Part shown: positions 1-10,580 of the stretch, piece by piece
How the letters are laid out: the number at the start of each line of letters is the position of its first letter
Position numbering within the stretch: position 1 is the stretch's first letter
NCBI GenBank assembly: GCA_965223545.1
Contig: OZ245006.1
Span: forward strand, 6,528,001-6,592,000
Length of the DNA: 64,000 nt
Direction: 5' to 3'
DNA from: Planctomycetota bacterium
Lineage (GTDB): Bacteria; Planctomycetota; UBA1135; UBA2386
Position numbers and translations under genes: made by a program
The notes under the pieces: model-generated
Database searches by the model: none
Seen by the model: only the letters and a program-made list of their open reading frames with translations
What the model was told of the DNA's origin: nothing

Positions 1-25
1 CGCGGTCGCGGCCAGCGTCTTCTGC

Positions 26-1027
26 GTGCTCCTCCTCGAGGGGGTCGCGAGCTTGGTTGTCGCCTATCGGAGTTCCTCGGCCGAGAGCCGCCAGAGCGGA
101 CGCCTCGAGGAGGAGAAGCACTCCCGCTATGACGCCGATCTCGGCTGGATGCACATTCCCGATCTGTTCGTCGGCAACATGTACGGGGAGGGCGTCGAGT
201 TCACCACGAATGGACAGAGCTTCCGCGCCAAGCAGGAGTACTCGAAGACCGTTCCGGCCGGAACCTACAGGACGATCTGCCTCGGTGACTCTTTCACCAT
301 GGGATACGGCGTGCACGACGACGCCACGTTCCCTGCCCAGCTGCAGTCACAGGCCGAGGGTCTCGAGGTCGTGAACATGGGAATGGGCGGATTCGGCGTC
401 GATCAGGACTACCTGTGGTACATGCGCGACGGGGTCGAGCTCGAGACCGACTTGCTGCTCTTCGCGTTCATCGAACTGGACTTCGGCCGCATGATGTTCG
501 ATCGCTTCCTGGGCTATCCCAAGCCACTGCTGAAGATGGAGGACGGCGAACTCCTGGTCACGAACGTCCCGGTACCCGAGGTCTTCGGCCTCTCACGCTT
601 TCGACGCTTCTTGCAGATGAGTTCGCTGAGCCGCCTGGTGGCCGGAGCCGCGAGCGATCCCGCCCCGCGCAGCATCGGCAACTCTCCTGACTCGTTGCCG
701 TTCGCTCCGGTCGCCGAGCACATCTTCCTCGAGCTCGCGAAGATCAGCAGGGAGCGCAACCAGGATCTGGTGCTCGTCTACTTGCCGCGTTTCCACACGC
801 TTCGCCGGGAACCCGTGCCGACGGCGACCTGGCTCGAGAAGTTCACGCGCAAGGAAGGCATTCATCTGCTGAACCTCACCGAGGACTTCCGACAGATTCC
901 TCGCCAGCAGCTCGCCGGCCACTTCCGCCTACCGGATGACGGCCACTACTCGCCGCGCGGAAACGCGCTCGTGGCGACGGCGCTGCTGAAGAAGCTGCGG
1001 ACGCTGTTGCCGGACTTCCCTCGGTAG
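26..1027 (+). CDS. SGNH/GDSL hydrolase family protein (true start probably upstream of the window)
   Basis: Block I CLGDSFTMG, block II VVNMGMGGFG, block V DDGHYSPRGN. Confidence 0.85.
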   Translation: MLLLEGVASLVVAYRSSSAESRQSGRLEEEKHSRYDADLGWMHIPDLFVGNMYGEGVEFTTNGQSFRAKQEYSKTVPAGTYRTICLGDSFTMGYGVHDDATFPAQLQSQAEGLEVVNMGMGGFGVDQDYLWYMRDGVELETDLLLFAFIELDFGRMMFDRFLGYPKPLLKMEDGELLVTNVPVPEVFGLSRFRRFLQMSSLSRLVAGAASDPAPRSIGNSPDSLPFAPVAEHIFLELAKISRERNQDLVLVYLPRFHTLRREPVPTATWLEKFTRKEGIHLLNLTEDFRQIPRQQLAGHFRLPDDGHYSPRGNALVATALLKKLRTLLPDFPR

Positions 1028-1066
1028 GCGACTCGCCCGCCGACCGGCAACGGTCCGGTGGGGAGC

Positions 1067-4000
1067 CTATCTGGCAAGCAGATGAGCGAAGCGTCTTCGC
1101 TCCTCCGCGGTCAGCTGCCGTGGTGCGGACGAGCGCGCAGCGGTGAGCAGCTCGCGCGGATCGACGAACCACGTGCGCACCGTGCCGTCGAACGACGCCG
1201 TGTGGAGGCGCTGGCCGTCCGGCGAGAACCGTACGCGCCAAACGAGGCTGGTATGGCCGCGGAGGATCGCGATGCACTCGCCGCGTAGGTTCCACAGTCG
1301 CGCCACCTTGTCGCGCGACCCCGTGGCGATGATCTTGCTGTCGGGCGAGATTGCGACGTGGCACGTCTCGCCAGCGTGGCCGCGGAGGCGCACGGGCCGC
1401 GAGTCCGGATCGAGGAGGTCCCAAAGCGCCGCGTCGCCGGCGACGATCGCGGCGACCAGCCATCGACCATCCGGTGAGAACGCCAACCTGTAGGTTCGGC
1501 CGGCGACGTCGAGCTCGCGGACTTCTTCGCCGTCGACGCTGCGAAGGGCCGCGCCGCGCTGGTCGCTGGATCCCTCGGCCCACCAGCGACCATTGGGGTG
1601 AAAGACGGGCCACGCCGAGGGAAATCCGGGCAGGTCGAACACCCTCTCGGGCTGCTCGGCGCCGGCTCGATACAGACAGGCGGCCTTCTCGTTGCGGAGG
1701 AGCACGAGATCGGGGTCGTGGGGCGAGCACGCCACGTGGTCCCACGGTCCGTTCGGCAGCTCGAAGGCGTTCTCGAGCGTGCCTTGATCGCTCCAGATCT
1801 GCAGGATCCGCCCCTCGTCGTGCAGGCGGGCGACGGATCCGCCGGTGGCCAGCGAGAACATATTGGTGCCAGGCAGCTGGACTTCGGCGATGAGCTCGCC
1901 GTCCGGTGTGCGCCAGCCCAGACTCCCCTCGCTCGCCCTCCTGCTGCGGGCTCGGGTGACGATCGTCCCGTTGGGGAGGACTCCGAGGTGTTGCACACCG
2001 TGCGCGTGCGCGTGGATGGTCGGCAGCGTCGCGCTGCGTGAATTCCAAACCCGTAGTGTGCCGTCCTGCCCCGCCGTGGCGACGAGATTGCCCGAACCGG
2101 AGAAGGCCGCGTCGAGGATCCGGCCGCGGTGCCCCCGGAACTCGGCGAGCGTCATGCCGCTGCGCGCATCGGTCAGCCGGGCCGTCTGGTCGGCGCTGCC
2201 GGTCAGGACGACACCTGGACGCGCCGCGCACATGGCGACCGCTGTGACTGCGCTACGGTGTCGTGGCCGGACGGGCGGGGCGGTGCCGGATAGGTCCCAG
2301 ATCAGGTGGTTGCGCAATCCGGAGGCCAAGATGGATGCATCCGCCGAGATCGCCGTCTCGCGGCGCGGATCGTCGGTGAGGTCCTCGATGCCCGCGGGGG
2401 CGAGCAGGTCCGCCGCCGGTTCGCTCGCATGCCAGAGTGCCAGCACACCGGTATCGGTGACCGTCAGGATGCGTTCGCCGTGTTGCGTGAACTGCGCCGA
2501 CTTCACCGTGGCGTCTGGATCGGGGCGGAGCACGCGCCGTTGCTCGAAGTGGCGGCGGAAGCCGTCGTTGCTGGACCACAGCCTTGCCGTGCCGTCTGCC
2601 GAGGCCGACAGCAGGCGGCCGTCCGCCGCGAATGCGACGCTGCGCACGGGCTGGTCGTGCCCGGTGATGGCCAGCGGCTCGGTGTCGGAGTCGTGCAGCC
2701 GCGCGACTCGGATCGTCGCGTCCGCGCATGCGATGGCGAGCCCGTCGCCGTCAGGCGAGAACGCGACGTCGTGAACGTGGCTCGGTTGCGGCAGCACCTC
2801 GAGCTCTCCTACCTGCCAGGCCACGATCTTCACGCTGTCGGTCTGGCCGACCGCGATGCGGCGTTCGTCGGGTGAGAAGGCGATTGCGGCGGGCCGGTGC
2901 GAGCCGTCCAGGTCGACGAGCGTCTTTTCGCGAACCTCGCGCAGGGCGAGGTGCAGCGCCGTGACGTTCTCGAGGTTGTCGGGATCGACCTCGACCGACT
3001 CCAATGCGAGCAGCAGCGCGACGGCGGGGTCCTCGGCGACCATCCACGTCGCGGCGGCGCCCAACGCCGCGGCCCGGGCAGTGTTTCGTTCACGGCGGAT
3101 GCGCTCGACGCTGACGAGGGACAGTATGAGTCCGGCGAGGATCAGGACGAACGCCGTTGCTGCGGCGGGGCGGCGCTGTGCGAAGCGCCGCAACCGCAAC
3201 CAGGTGCCGATCGGTCGCGCTCGAATCGGTTCGCGCTGCCGGCAACGGCGAAGGTCCTCGGCGAAGTCGAGCGCCGTCTGGTAGCGGCGGTTGCGGTCGC
3301 GCTCCATCGCCGTCATCAGCACGATCTCGACATCGCGCGGGATCTGGCGGTTGCGCGAGCTGGCCGCGGGGACCTCCGAGTGCAGGATCTGTTGGTAGAG
3401 CGCGGCGCGCGTGGCGGCGTGGAACGGTCGCTCGAGGGTCAGGGCCTCGTAGAGGGTTGCGCCGAGCGAGTAGACGTCGGTGCGCCGGTCCAGCGGTACG
3501 CGCTGCGCCATCAGCTGCTCGGGCGACATGTAGGCGGGCGTCCCGAGCAGGTCGCCGCTGTGGGTGAGCGCCAGCATCTCGCCGGACTCTTCGCGAGCCA
3601 GCCCGAAGTCGAGCACGACCGGCTCACCGTCGGCCGTAACCATGATGTTGCTGGGCTTGATGTCGCGGTGGATCAGGCCGCGTTCATGCGCCGTGTGCAG
3701 CGCGCGGGCGAGCTTCTCGAACATCGCGACCGTCTCGTAGATGCCGGTCTTCGAGCTCGACTCGGCCGTGGTCGGCTGCGTCTCCGCGATCCGCTGCGCC
3801 AGCGTCTGCCCATCGACGAACCGATACGCCAAAAACGGTACGCCCTCGATTTCGCCGGCATCGAACAGCGCGCAGATGTTGGCATGGTCGAGCTTGCCGG
3901 CCGCCTCCGCTTCGCGCTGAAAGCGGCCGATCTGGTGGGCATCGGGCTCGCCGGTCGTCTGCAGGATCTTCAGCGCGACCCGCCGCTTGAGTCGTTCGTC

Positions 4001-4312
4001 CTCCGCCAGCCACACCGTGCCTTGCCCGCCGCGCCCGAGCTCGTGCAGCAGCGTGAAGTGTCCGAACGAGTGCGGCGCCTGCGGGACCTTGCTCTCGCCC
4101 CGGAGTGCGTCGGCAAGCGCCTCGGTCGCGCGAGCATCGGGCTCGAGAAACGCGTCGTCGATGTCGTTGTAGAGCAGGTCTTCGACGGCGGCGCGCAGGG
4201 TCGCGTCATCGCCACACTCGCGCCCGAGCCACTCCTGGCGTTCCTGCTCGGGCAGGTCGCGCGCCGTCGCGAACAGCTCGCTGGCGCGGCGGTGGACGCC
4301 GGGATCATTCAT
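1067..4312 (-). CDS. Ser/Thr protein kinase with TM segment and WD40 repeats
   Basis: LGRGGQGTV, VALK, HRDIKPSN, DFG, GTPAYMSPE; several GH...W(D/N) WD40 repeats; start MNDPGV overlaps the ECF stop (ATGA 4309-4312). Confidence 0.92.
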   Translation of the reverse strand: MNDPGVHRRASELFATARDLPEQERQEWLGRECGDDATLRAAVEDLLYNDIDDAFLEPDARATEALADALRGESKVPQAPHSFGHFTLLHELGRGGQGTVWLAEDERLKRRVALKILQTTGEPDAHQIGRFQREAEAAGKLDHANICALFDAGEIEGVPFLAYRFVDGQTLAQRIAETQPTTAESSSKTGIYETVAMFEKLARALHTAHERGLIHRDIKPSNIMVTADGEPVVLDFGLAREESGEMLALTHSGDLLGTPAYMSPEQLMAQRVPLDRRTDVYSLGATLYEALTLERPFHAATRAALYQQILHSEVPAASSRNRQIPRDVEIVLMTAMERDRNRRYQTALDFAEDLRRCRQREPIRARPIGTWLRLRRFAQRRPAAATAFVLILAGLILSLVSVERIRRERNTARAAALGAAATWMVAEDPAVALLLALESVEVDPDNLENVTALHLALREVREKTLVDLDGSHRPAAIAFSPDERRIAVGQTDSVKIVAWQVGELEVLPQPSHVHDVAFSPDGDGLAIACADATIRVARLHDSDTEPLAITGHDQPVRSVAFAADGRLLSASADGTARLWSSNDGFRRHFEQRRVLRPDPDATVKSAQFTQHGERILTVTDTGVLALWHASEPAADLLAPAGIEDLTDDPRRETAISADASILASGLRNHLIWDLSGTAPPVRPRHRSAVTAVAMCAARPGVVLTGSADQTARLTDARSGMTLAEFRGHRGRILDAAFSGSGNLVATAGQDGTLRVWNSRSATLPTIHAHAHGVQHLGVLPNGTIVTRARSRRASEGSLGWRTPDGELIAEVQLPGTNMFSLATGGSVARLHDEGRILQIWSDQGTLENAFELPNGPWDHVACSPHDPDLVLLRNEKAACLYRAGAEQPERVFDLPGFPSAWPVFHPNGRWWAEGSSDQRGAALRSVDGEEVRELDVAGRTYRLAFSPDGRWLVAAIVAGDAALWDLLDPDSRPVRLRGHAGETCHVAISPDSKIIATGSRDKVARLWNLRGECIAILRGHTSLVWRVRFSPDGQRLHTASFDGTVRTWFVDPRELLTAARSSAPRQLTAEERRRFAHLLAR

Positions 4313-4863
4313 TCGCGCGATCCGAGCTTGGACCGCAACCACGCTCTGGCGGCGAGCCACAAGGTCCGCACCGTGCGGTCGCTGACGCCGAGCTCGGCGC
4401 CGATCTCCATGTCGCTCATGCCGCCGTAGTAGCGCATGACGACGATGCGCGCCTGGCGTTCGTCCGCCTGAGCGAGCTGCTCGAGCGCTTCGTCGAGCTC
4501 GATGGGATCGACAGCCGCCTCGTTGTCCGCTGCGTCGTCGAGCGTCACCCCATGCGGTCGCCGCCGTTTGCCGCGGGCGTGGTCGACGAGGATACGCCGC
4601 ATGACGTTGGCGGCGACCGCGCGGAAATGCGCCCTGCTGCGCCAGTCGATGGGATCCCCGCGCTCGAGCCGCAGCCAGGCCTCGTTGACGAGCGCGGTCG
4701 CCTGCAGTGTGTGGTCGGGGCGCTCTTGCGCGAGAAGCCGGCCGGCGTGATACCGCAGCTCCGAGTAGAGCCGCTCGGCCAGATCGTTCGTCGCTCGCGC
4801 ACTGCCCTGGCTCGACTCGGAGACGAGCGTCAGCAGGTCGGCGGGCGAGCGTTCGTTCGACAT
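4309..4863 (-). CDS. ECF sigma factor, planctomycete kinase-associated type
   Basis: HTLQATALVNEAWLRL, MRRILVDHAR, region 4 EIGAELGVSDRTV; translationally coupled to the kinase. Confidence 0.9.
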   Translation of the reverse strand: MSNERSPADLLTLVSESSQGSARATNDLAERLYSELRYHAGRLLAQERPDHTLQATALVNEAWLRLERGDPIDWRSRAHFRAVAANVMRRILVDHARGKRRRPHGVTLDDAADNEAAVDPIELDEALEQLAQADERQARIVVMRYYGGMSDMEIGAELGVSDRTVRTLWLAARAWLRSKLGSRE

Positions 4864-5100
4864 CGGATTCCGCCGACAGGATACCGCGGAACGACGGGGG
4901 AGATCGCGGCGGGCCGCGGTGGGGAGGCTCTTGGAGATTTCTTGCGAGTTGTCTTCCGCGAAACGGGGTGCCGGTCGCTTCGCAGGTGGTTTCGGCGAGC
5001 GAGATCGTGGGCACCGGCCCGTGCGCTCGACGGCAAGGCAACGTCCGTTGCGAGCGTGCGCGCGTCTCGCCACGGGCCATACAGGAGCAGGAGACGTTCG

Positions 5101-6918
5101 ATGACTTGCAAGGTTCCACTCGACACACGGCAGCCGAGCTGGCGCGCACTCGCGGCGCTCGCACTCGCGGCGCTCGCCGCACAGTCGCCCCATGCGCAGA
5201 CGGCGACGTTCGCCTGGGGGGGGCGGATCGGCGGGACCGACGCCGAGAACGGCTACGATCTCGCGGTCAACGCGGCGGGCCACAGCTACGTGGTCGGGGA
5301 CTTCGCGGGCACGGCGGACTTCGATCCGGGTCCCGGCGCGTTCTGGATGACCTCCGTGGGCGGCATGGACGGCTACGTGGCGAAGTACGACGGCGACGGC
5401 AACTTCGTGTGGGCGGCGCGGTTCGGCGGGGTGGGCGACGAGACGTGCAACGGAGTCGCCGTCGACGGCAACGGCGATGTGCATCTCGGAGTTCTGTTCG
5501 AGGGCACCGTCGACTTCGATCCAGGGCCAGGAGTGTTCGCGCTGACCGCGCAGGGCAGCGGGGACAACTGCTTCGTCAGGCTCGACGGCGCCGGCAATCT
5601 CGTCTGGGCGAAGCAGATCCGCACCAGTGGCGGTGACTACGGCGCCAACGTTGCCGTCGACCCGCTGGGCAACGTGCTCGCGACGGGTACGTTCGCCGGG
5701 GTGGGGGATCTCGATCCCGGTCCCGGGGCGTTTGCCGTGACCTCGTTCGGCAGCGACGACGGCTACGTCGTGAAGCTCGACAGCTCCGGCAACTTCCTCT
5801 GGGGTGGACAGGTCGGCGGCACGGGGTCGGATCGCGTCTGGGGCGTCTCCGCCGATGCGGTGGGCGGCGTGGTCGTGGTCGGTGACTTTCAGGGCACGGC
5901 CGATTTCGACCCGGGCGTGGGCTCGTTCCCGCTGACGTCGGCCGGCTCGGCCGACGTGTTCGTCAGCAAGCTGGACAGCGCCGGCAACCTCGTCTGGGCG
6001 CGAGGGTTCGGTGGCACGGGCGTCGACTCGGGGCTCTCGCTGGCGTTGGACAGCTCGGCCAACGTCTGCGTGGCCGGTAGCTTCAACTCGACGGTGGACT
6101 TCGACCCCGGGGCGGGTGTCTCGACCCTGACATCCGCCGGCAGCTTCGACGTGTTCGTCAGCAAGCTGGATGGTGCGGGGGACTTCCTGTGGGCTCGCCG
6201 GTTTGGCGGCACGGACTTCGATCTCGTCGGCAGCGTCGTCGTCGACGGATTCGACAGCGTCTACGCGACCGGCCAGTTCCGGGGCGTCGCGGACTTTGCA
6301 CCGGTCTCTGGCGCGCCCTCGCTGACGTCCAGCGGCGGCGTGGACGTGTTCGTGTGGCAGCTCACCGGATCGGGCCAGCCGGTTTGGGCCGGCCAGCTCG
6401 GTGGATCGTCGAACGACGCGGGCTTCGGCGTCGCGGTCGATCGTTCGCTCGACGTCACTCTGCACGGCATCTTCCGGGCGACGGCCGACATCGATCCGGG
6501 GCCGGGCACGTCGCAGCTGATCGCCTCCGGTCCGAAGGACACGTTCATCGCGAAGCTGCGCGGCAGCTGCATTCATCGCAACGGCAGTGGCATCAACCCG
6601 CCCGACTTCACGTGCGCCGACAACCCGGTGATCGGCACGAGCTGGACGACGTCGTACGGGCACGGCGCGGCCACGCTCGCGACCGTGTTGCTCCTCGGTC
6701 CCGGTGGGCCTGCGACCGGCCCCGCCTTCGGTACCGGCGAGCTGCTGATCTCCTTGATGCCCGCGCCGCTCTCCGTGGTCGGGGCAGGCGACATCGCGCT
6801 AGCGCTGCCCAAGGCCCCGGGGCTCATCGGCGCCACGTTCTCGATGCAGGGCGCGCGGTTGGAGCCCGGTCCGCAGATCGTGTTGTTGAATGCGTTGGAC
6901 GCGACGGTCGTTCAGTAG
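5101..6918 (+). CDS. Secreted SBBP-type beta-propeller repeat protein
   Basis: Signal peptide; about 7 repeats of GxFxGTxDFDPGxG...DxFVxKLDxxGNxxWA; distinct ~100-aa C-terminal domain. Confidence 0.8.
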   Translation: MTCKVPLDTRQPSWRALAALALAALAAQSPHAQTATFAWGGRIGGTDAENGYDLAVNAAGHSYVVGDFAGTADFDPGPGAFWMTSVGGMDGYVAKYDGDGNFVWAARFGGVGDETCNGVAVDGNGDVHLGVLFEGTVDFDPGPGVFALTAQGSGDNCFVRLDGAGNLVWAKQIRTSGGDYGANVAVDPLGNVLATGTFAGVGDLDPGPGAFAVTSFGSDDGYVVKLDSSGNFLWGGQVGGTGSDRVWGVSADAVGGVVVVGDFQGTADFDPGVGSFPLTSAGSADVFVSKLDSAGNLVWARGFGGTGVDSGLSLALDSSANVCVAGSFNSTVDFDPGAGVSTLTSAGSFDVFVSKLDGAGDFLWARRFGGTDFDLVGSVVVDGFDSVYATGQFRGVADFAPVSGAPSLTSSGGVDVFVWQLTGSGQPVWAGQLGGSSNDAGFGVAVDRSLDVTLHGIFRATADIDPGPGTSQLIASGPKDTFIAKLRGSCIHRNGSGINPPDFTCADNPVIGTSWTTSYGHGAATLATVLLLGPGGPATGPAFGTGELLISLMPAPLSVVGAGDIALALPKAPGLIGATFSMQGARLEPGPQIVLLNALDATVVQ

Positions 6919-7191
6919 CCAGTCATCGTGCGGGGCAGTCGCACCGGCACTGCGTCGCGGTGCCGCAGACGCCTCAAGAGCAGTCTCAGCGACGGATGTC
7001 GTGGCCCGCGCTCTTGTCGCGAGTGCTGTGTTCACTGCTGCCGGACTCGTCATTCCAGCGCTGCTCCTGCATCACTTGCTTCGCGACGGGGTGCCGGAGT
7101 GGTCGCGCACTGCGTAGACAACCGATGTCAGCTTCGTGCGGGCAATCGCATGGCTCGCGCGCTCCCCGCGCCGGCGTTGCTCACGAGTCGG

Positions 7192-8973
7192 CTACCAACC
7201 CAAGATCGTCGACAAGCGGTTGGAGGCGGAAGCTGGAGCGAGCAATGGGCACGGTCCGGGGGACGGCACCCAAGTCTGCCAGACGATTTCTTGGCCGACC
7301 CAACTCGGGACGCATGCGAGCGGCAGGTTGATCGTCGCTCCGCCGGTGCTGACGCCGAACACCGCGGTCGCGTAGTCGGGCAGCTGCAGCACGCACCCCG
7401 CGCACGGCAGCCCCGGCCCCGGCATCCCCGCGACCAGGAGCCCGAAGGTCGTCGACGGGCCGACGCCCGCGAGCTGCAGCCGAAAGCTCGGGTTGCCCAC
7501 CGCCGCCGGGCTCGGTGCGGTCAGGACGCCGCCAACACCACAGCCACCGCCCAAGTCGGTCACCGGACCGCCACCGAACGCGGCAAACGGCGTGGTGTAG
7601 CCGTGGAACTCCGAGCGCTCGAACCAGATAGGCGGATAGGGCTGCAAGTACGCCGAATTGCACAGCTCGAGCCAGAAGAGCAAGCCGTCTTCGCCGGCGC
7701 CCTGTTGGCCCGATCGTCGCGCAACCGCGACCGGAGCCTGCGGCAGCCTGGTGGGGTTGGACGCCCCGTCCAGAAGTTGGGTGAGCCCACAGCTGCTGCC
7801 GTCCTCCGCGGAACGCACGGTGACCCAGTTTTCGTAGCGGCGGGCTGCCAGGCTGGTCGGCCCCGCAGTGCCGCACCACGAAACAGTGGTCGCCGTTTCC
7901 ACTTGGTAGGTGATGGCGTACTTCGATCCAAGCCACGACACCGAGGGAGAACGTTCGTCGACTCCCGCCACGGCGGCGACGCTCAACTCGGGTGAGGCGA
8001 TCGCGAGCTGATTGCTCGCGGTCAAGTCGACGCGCCGGCACATGATGTTCCGGTCCCCGCCCAGCTCGTGCCGCTCCCACGACACCAAGAACTCCCGGCT
8101 GTTGCCATCGACGTCCGGATTGGTGTCATCCGACAGGGACGAACGCGAGGAAGTCGACACCAAGATCGGCGTGCCGTAGAGGACGGCGCTTCTGGGATCG
8201 ATCAGCGCGGCGTAGACGTCGAGCTGATAGGCCGAGCGGAGCGATGACCATCTCAGGTCGCTCCAGACCACGCAGTGTGCGTACGCGCCGGTCCCGGTAT
8301 CCAGCGCCTTGCTGATCTTGGGCACCGTCGATTGCGAGAGTGCCGTGGTCGAGGGCGCGGTCGAGCTGGCGACGGTGACGTAGGACGCGATTTGGGCGGC
8401 GCCGGTGGTGGTCACGTGGGCTGCTTGGATGCGGCGCTCGTCGCGCCACACGAGGACGGCTTTGTCGCTGACGCCGCTCGGGTCCCCGGCCGCGTCGGCG
8501 CCGAACAGCTTGGCCTGCTGGAACGGGCTCGACACCCCCGTCGCGACCGTGGTCGTCGGCCCGGCCACACTCCCCGTCGCCGGCAGATTCACGGCCTCGA
8601 CCCTGCTCGAGAGGTCGGCGATGTTCCAAGCGATGGCAAAGACTCCGGTCTGCTGCACGTTGCTGACCGAGACCGCCAGGTAGCGCCCGTTCGCCGTTTG
8701 GTGGAGAGTGATCGGGTTACCGAACGGAGTACCGTCCGCCAGAAACCGGAGAGCACGGACGTGGTTGGCGCCCAAGAACGTTGCGTCGTTGTGGGCAGTC
8801 ACCAAGCAGTACAGATTCGAGCTCGCGTCGTACGCGATGTCGCTCAAGACCGTCGACCCCAAACCGCCGAACCAGTGCACCTGGGTGAGCTCGATCGGCG
8901 CCGGGGTGGTTTGGGTCGCGAGGGGTGCGTTGCAGGCGAAGAGCGCGACGAGGAGCGGACCGGTCTTGGGCAT
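7192..8973 (-). CDS. Secreted hypothetical protein with conserved-looking C-terminal domain
   Basis: Long ORF, N-terminal hydrophobic signal (MPKTGPLLVALFAC), beta-rich body, GGGCG followed by a C-terminal domain like that of 5101-6918. Confidence 0.7.
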   Translation of the reverse strand: MPKTGPLLVALFACNAPLATQTTPAPIELTQVHWFGGLGSTVLSDIAYDASSNLYCLVTAHNDATFLGANHVRALRFLADGTPFGNPITLHQTANGRYLAVSVSNVQQTGVFAIAWNIADLSSRVEAVNLPATGSVAGPTTTVATGVSSPFQQAKLFGADAAGDPSGVSDKAVLVWRDERRIQAAHVTTTGAAQIASYVTVASSTAPSTTALSQSTVPKISKALDTGTGAYAHCVVWSDLRWSSLRSAYQLDVYAALIDPRSAVLYGTPILVSTSSRSSLSDDTNPDVDGNSREFLVSWERHELGGDRNIMCRRVDLTASNQLAIASPELSVAAVAGVDERSPSVSWLGSKYAITYQVETATTVSWCGTAGPTSLAARRYENWVTVRSAEDGSSCGLTQLLDGASNPTRLPQAPVAVARRSGQQGAGEDGLLFWLELCNSAYLQPYPPIWFERSEFHGYTTPFAAFGGGPVTDLGGGCGVGGVLTAPSPAAVGNPSFRLQLAGVGPSTTFGLLVAGMPGPGLPCAGCVLQLPDYATAVFGVSTGGATINLPLACVPSWVGQEIVWQTWVPSPGPCPLLAPASASNRLSTILGW

Positions 8974-9080
8974 GGCGTGGGAACCTGCGTCAGAGGTCTT
9001 GGAGGCGCGGTGTAGCTTCCGCTCGGAGACTCCGAGCATACGTTGCTCGATTCCGCACGGCCAAGGGGGGCGCTTGGCCG

Positions 9081-9564
9081 GAAGATGGAGAACGGCGAGT
9101 TCCTGGTCACGACCGTCCCGGTGCCTGAGCTCTTCGGTCTCTCACGCTTTCGACGCTTCTTGCACGAGAGTTCGCTGAGCCGGCTGGTGGCCGGAGCCGC
9201 AAGCAATCCCGCCCCGAGGGTCAGCGGCAACTCCCCTGACTCGTTGCCGTTCGCTCCGGTCGCCGAGCAGATCTTCCGCAAGCTCGCGAAGATCAGCGGG
9301 GAGCGCAACCAAGAGTTGGTGCTCGTCTACTTGCCGCGTTTCCACACGCTTCGCCGGGAACCCGTGCCGACGGCGACCTGGCTCGAGAGGTTCACGCGCA
9401 AGGAGGGCATTCCTCTGCTGAGCACACCGAGGGTTTTCGACAGAGCCCTCGCCGGCAGCTCGCGAGCCACTTTCGGCTCCCTGATGACGGCCACTACTCG
9501 CCGCGCGGAAACGCGCTCGTGGCGAAGGCGCTGCTGAAGAAGTTGCGGGTGCTGTCGCCGGACT
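9081..9564 (+). pseudogene. 5'-truncated, frameshifted copy of the 3' half of the SGNH gene (532-1016)
   Basis: Near-identical nucleotide sequence to 532-1016; 1-nt deletion near 9422-9428 (ctgaacctcaccgag vs ctgagcacaccgag). Confidence 0.9.
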
Positions 9565-9652
9565 GGTTTCTCGTCCGCCGGAGCCCGAGCACCGGGAGCG
9601 GAGTGGCGCGCGGCTCGCGTCCCGCTGCTTCGGCGCGTTGGAACGAACACCG

Positions 9653-9925
9653 CTAGTGCCCATGCACCCACCTTGAGCCTGCCTCGGTGGCGATCACTCG
9701 GGCTCCGGCTGACTCGTTTTTGCGAAACAGCTCAACGCATCGCCATTGCGGCATCGGGCTGCCCTCTTGGTCAACCAAGGCGACATACCCGGCCTCCCAC
9801 ATTCTGTGCAGCACGACGAACGGATCGCTGCCACCCAGACTTCGAAGCAAGTCAGCGACCCAGGTCAATGGTCGCCCATCGGGTTCCTCCTCGATCTGTT
9901 CGATCACCTCGTGTTCGACGATCAC
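9653..9925 (-). CDS. Hypothetical protein (90 aa)
   Basis: Protein-like composition; no recognised motif. Confidence 0.45.
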   Translation of the reverse strand: MIVEHEVIEQIEEEPDGRPLTWVADLLRSLGGSDPFVVLHRMWEAGYVALVDQEGSPMPQWRCVELFRKNESAGARVIATEAGSRWVHGH

Positions 9926-10426
9926 GCGATTGTCCAGGTCCTGTCAAGAGGGACCGCCGCAGAGTATCGAACGTCGCAGAGCGTGTCGGCGATCGTCGCG
10001 TTCGTCTAGACAGATGGCGAAGGATCAGCCTGCCTCTTCCGCGGTCCGCCGTGTCTACCGAGGTGTTCTGCGTCCAAGCTGAGTTCGGGCGCACGTTTTC
10101 CTCTGGCTCGCTCAGCGGTCATCCGGGGAGACGGACTTTCCCTCCGACAACTTGCCTGCCACCCCAGAAGACAAGGGCGCCGTGCTGCGCAGCGGCAGGA
10201 CCCTCACGGGGGCGGCCGCGTAGGCCGCCGGAGCGCCGCGCAACAGCCTCCATAGGCTCGCCGGCAGTGACCCGGCCCACTGGGCAGGTCGAGGCCGCCC
10301 AGGCCGGCAACGCGCGCGGGGCGTGCGACCTTGACGCGCTCTCGACCACGGTATCGCTCGATTCGGCCGCGCGCTTCGGCAGATTGGAGCCGGCCCGGGC
10401 TGCAGGGCTCGACCCGCCGAACAACA

Positions 10427-10472
10427 TGGTGGGCAGGGGCGGATTTGAACCGCCGACCCCAGCATTTTCAGT
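10427..10472 (-). mobile_element. 3' half of tRNA-Phe(GAA); probable att direct repeat
   Basis: Minus strand ACTGAAAATGCTGGGGTCGGCGGTTCAAATCCGCCCCTGCCCACCA: anticodon loop, T-arm and CCA present; no 5' half. Confidence 0.88.
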
Positions 10473-10580
10473 CCCCGCCGCCGAAGCGATGCTGCCGCAT
10501 GGGTGCCTCAGAACTCTCTGCACGCCAGCTGCTTGCATCTCACCGCCGACGTGATGGCGGCAGCGCCCATGTGCACTACT

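Noticed and set aside
4313..6663. Long N-terminal extensions of ORFs 1067..5182, 4309..6663 and 4105..6918
   Set aside because: They overlap real genes and read as GC-rich shadow translation; starts were trimmed to 4312, 4863 and 5101.
10427..10502. Intact tRNA-Phe gene
   Set aside because: No D-arm, no 5' anticodon-stem strand and no GGGCAGG acceptor strand at the expected positions; only the 3' half is present.
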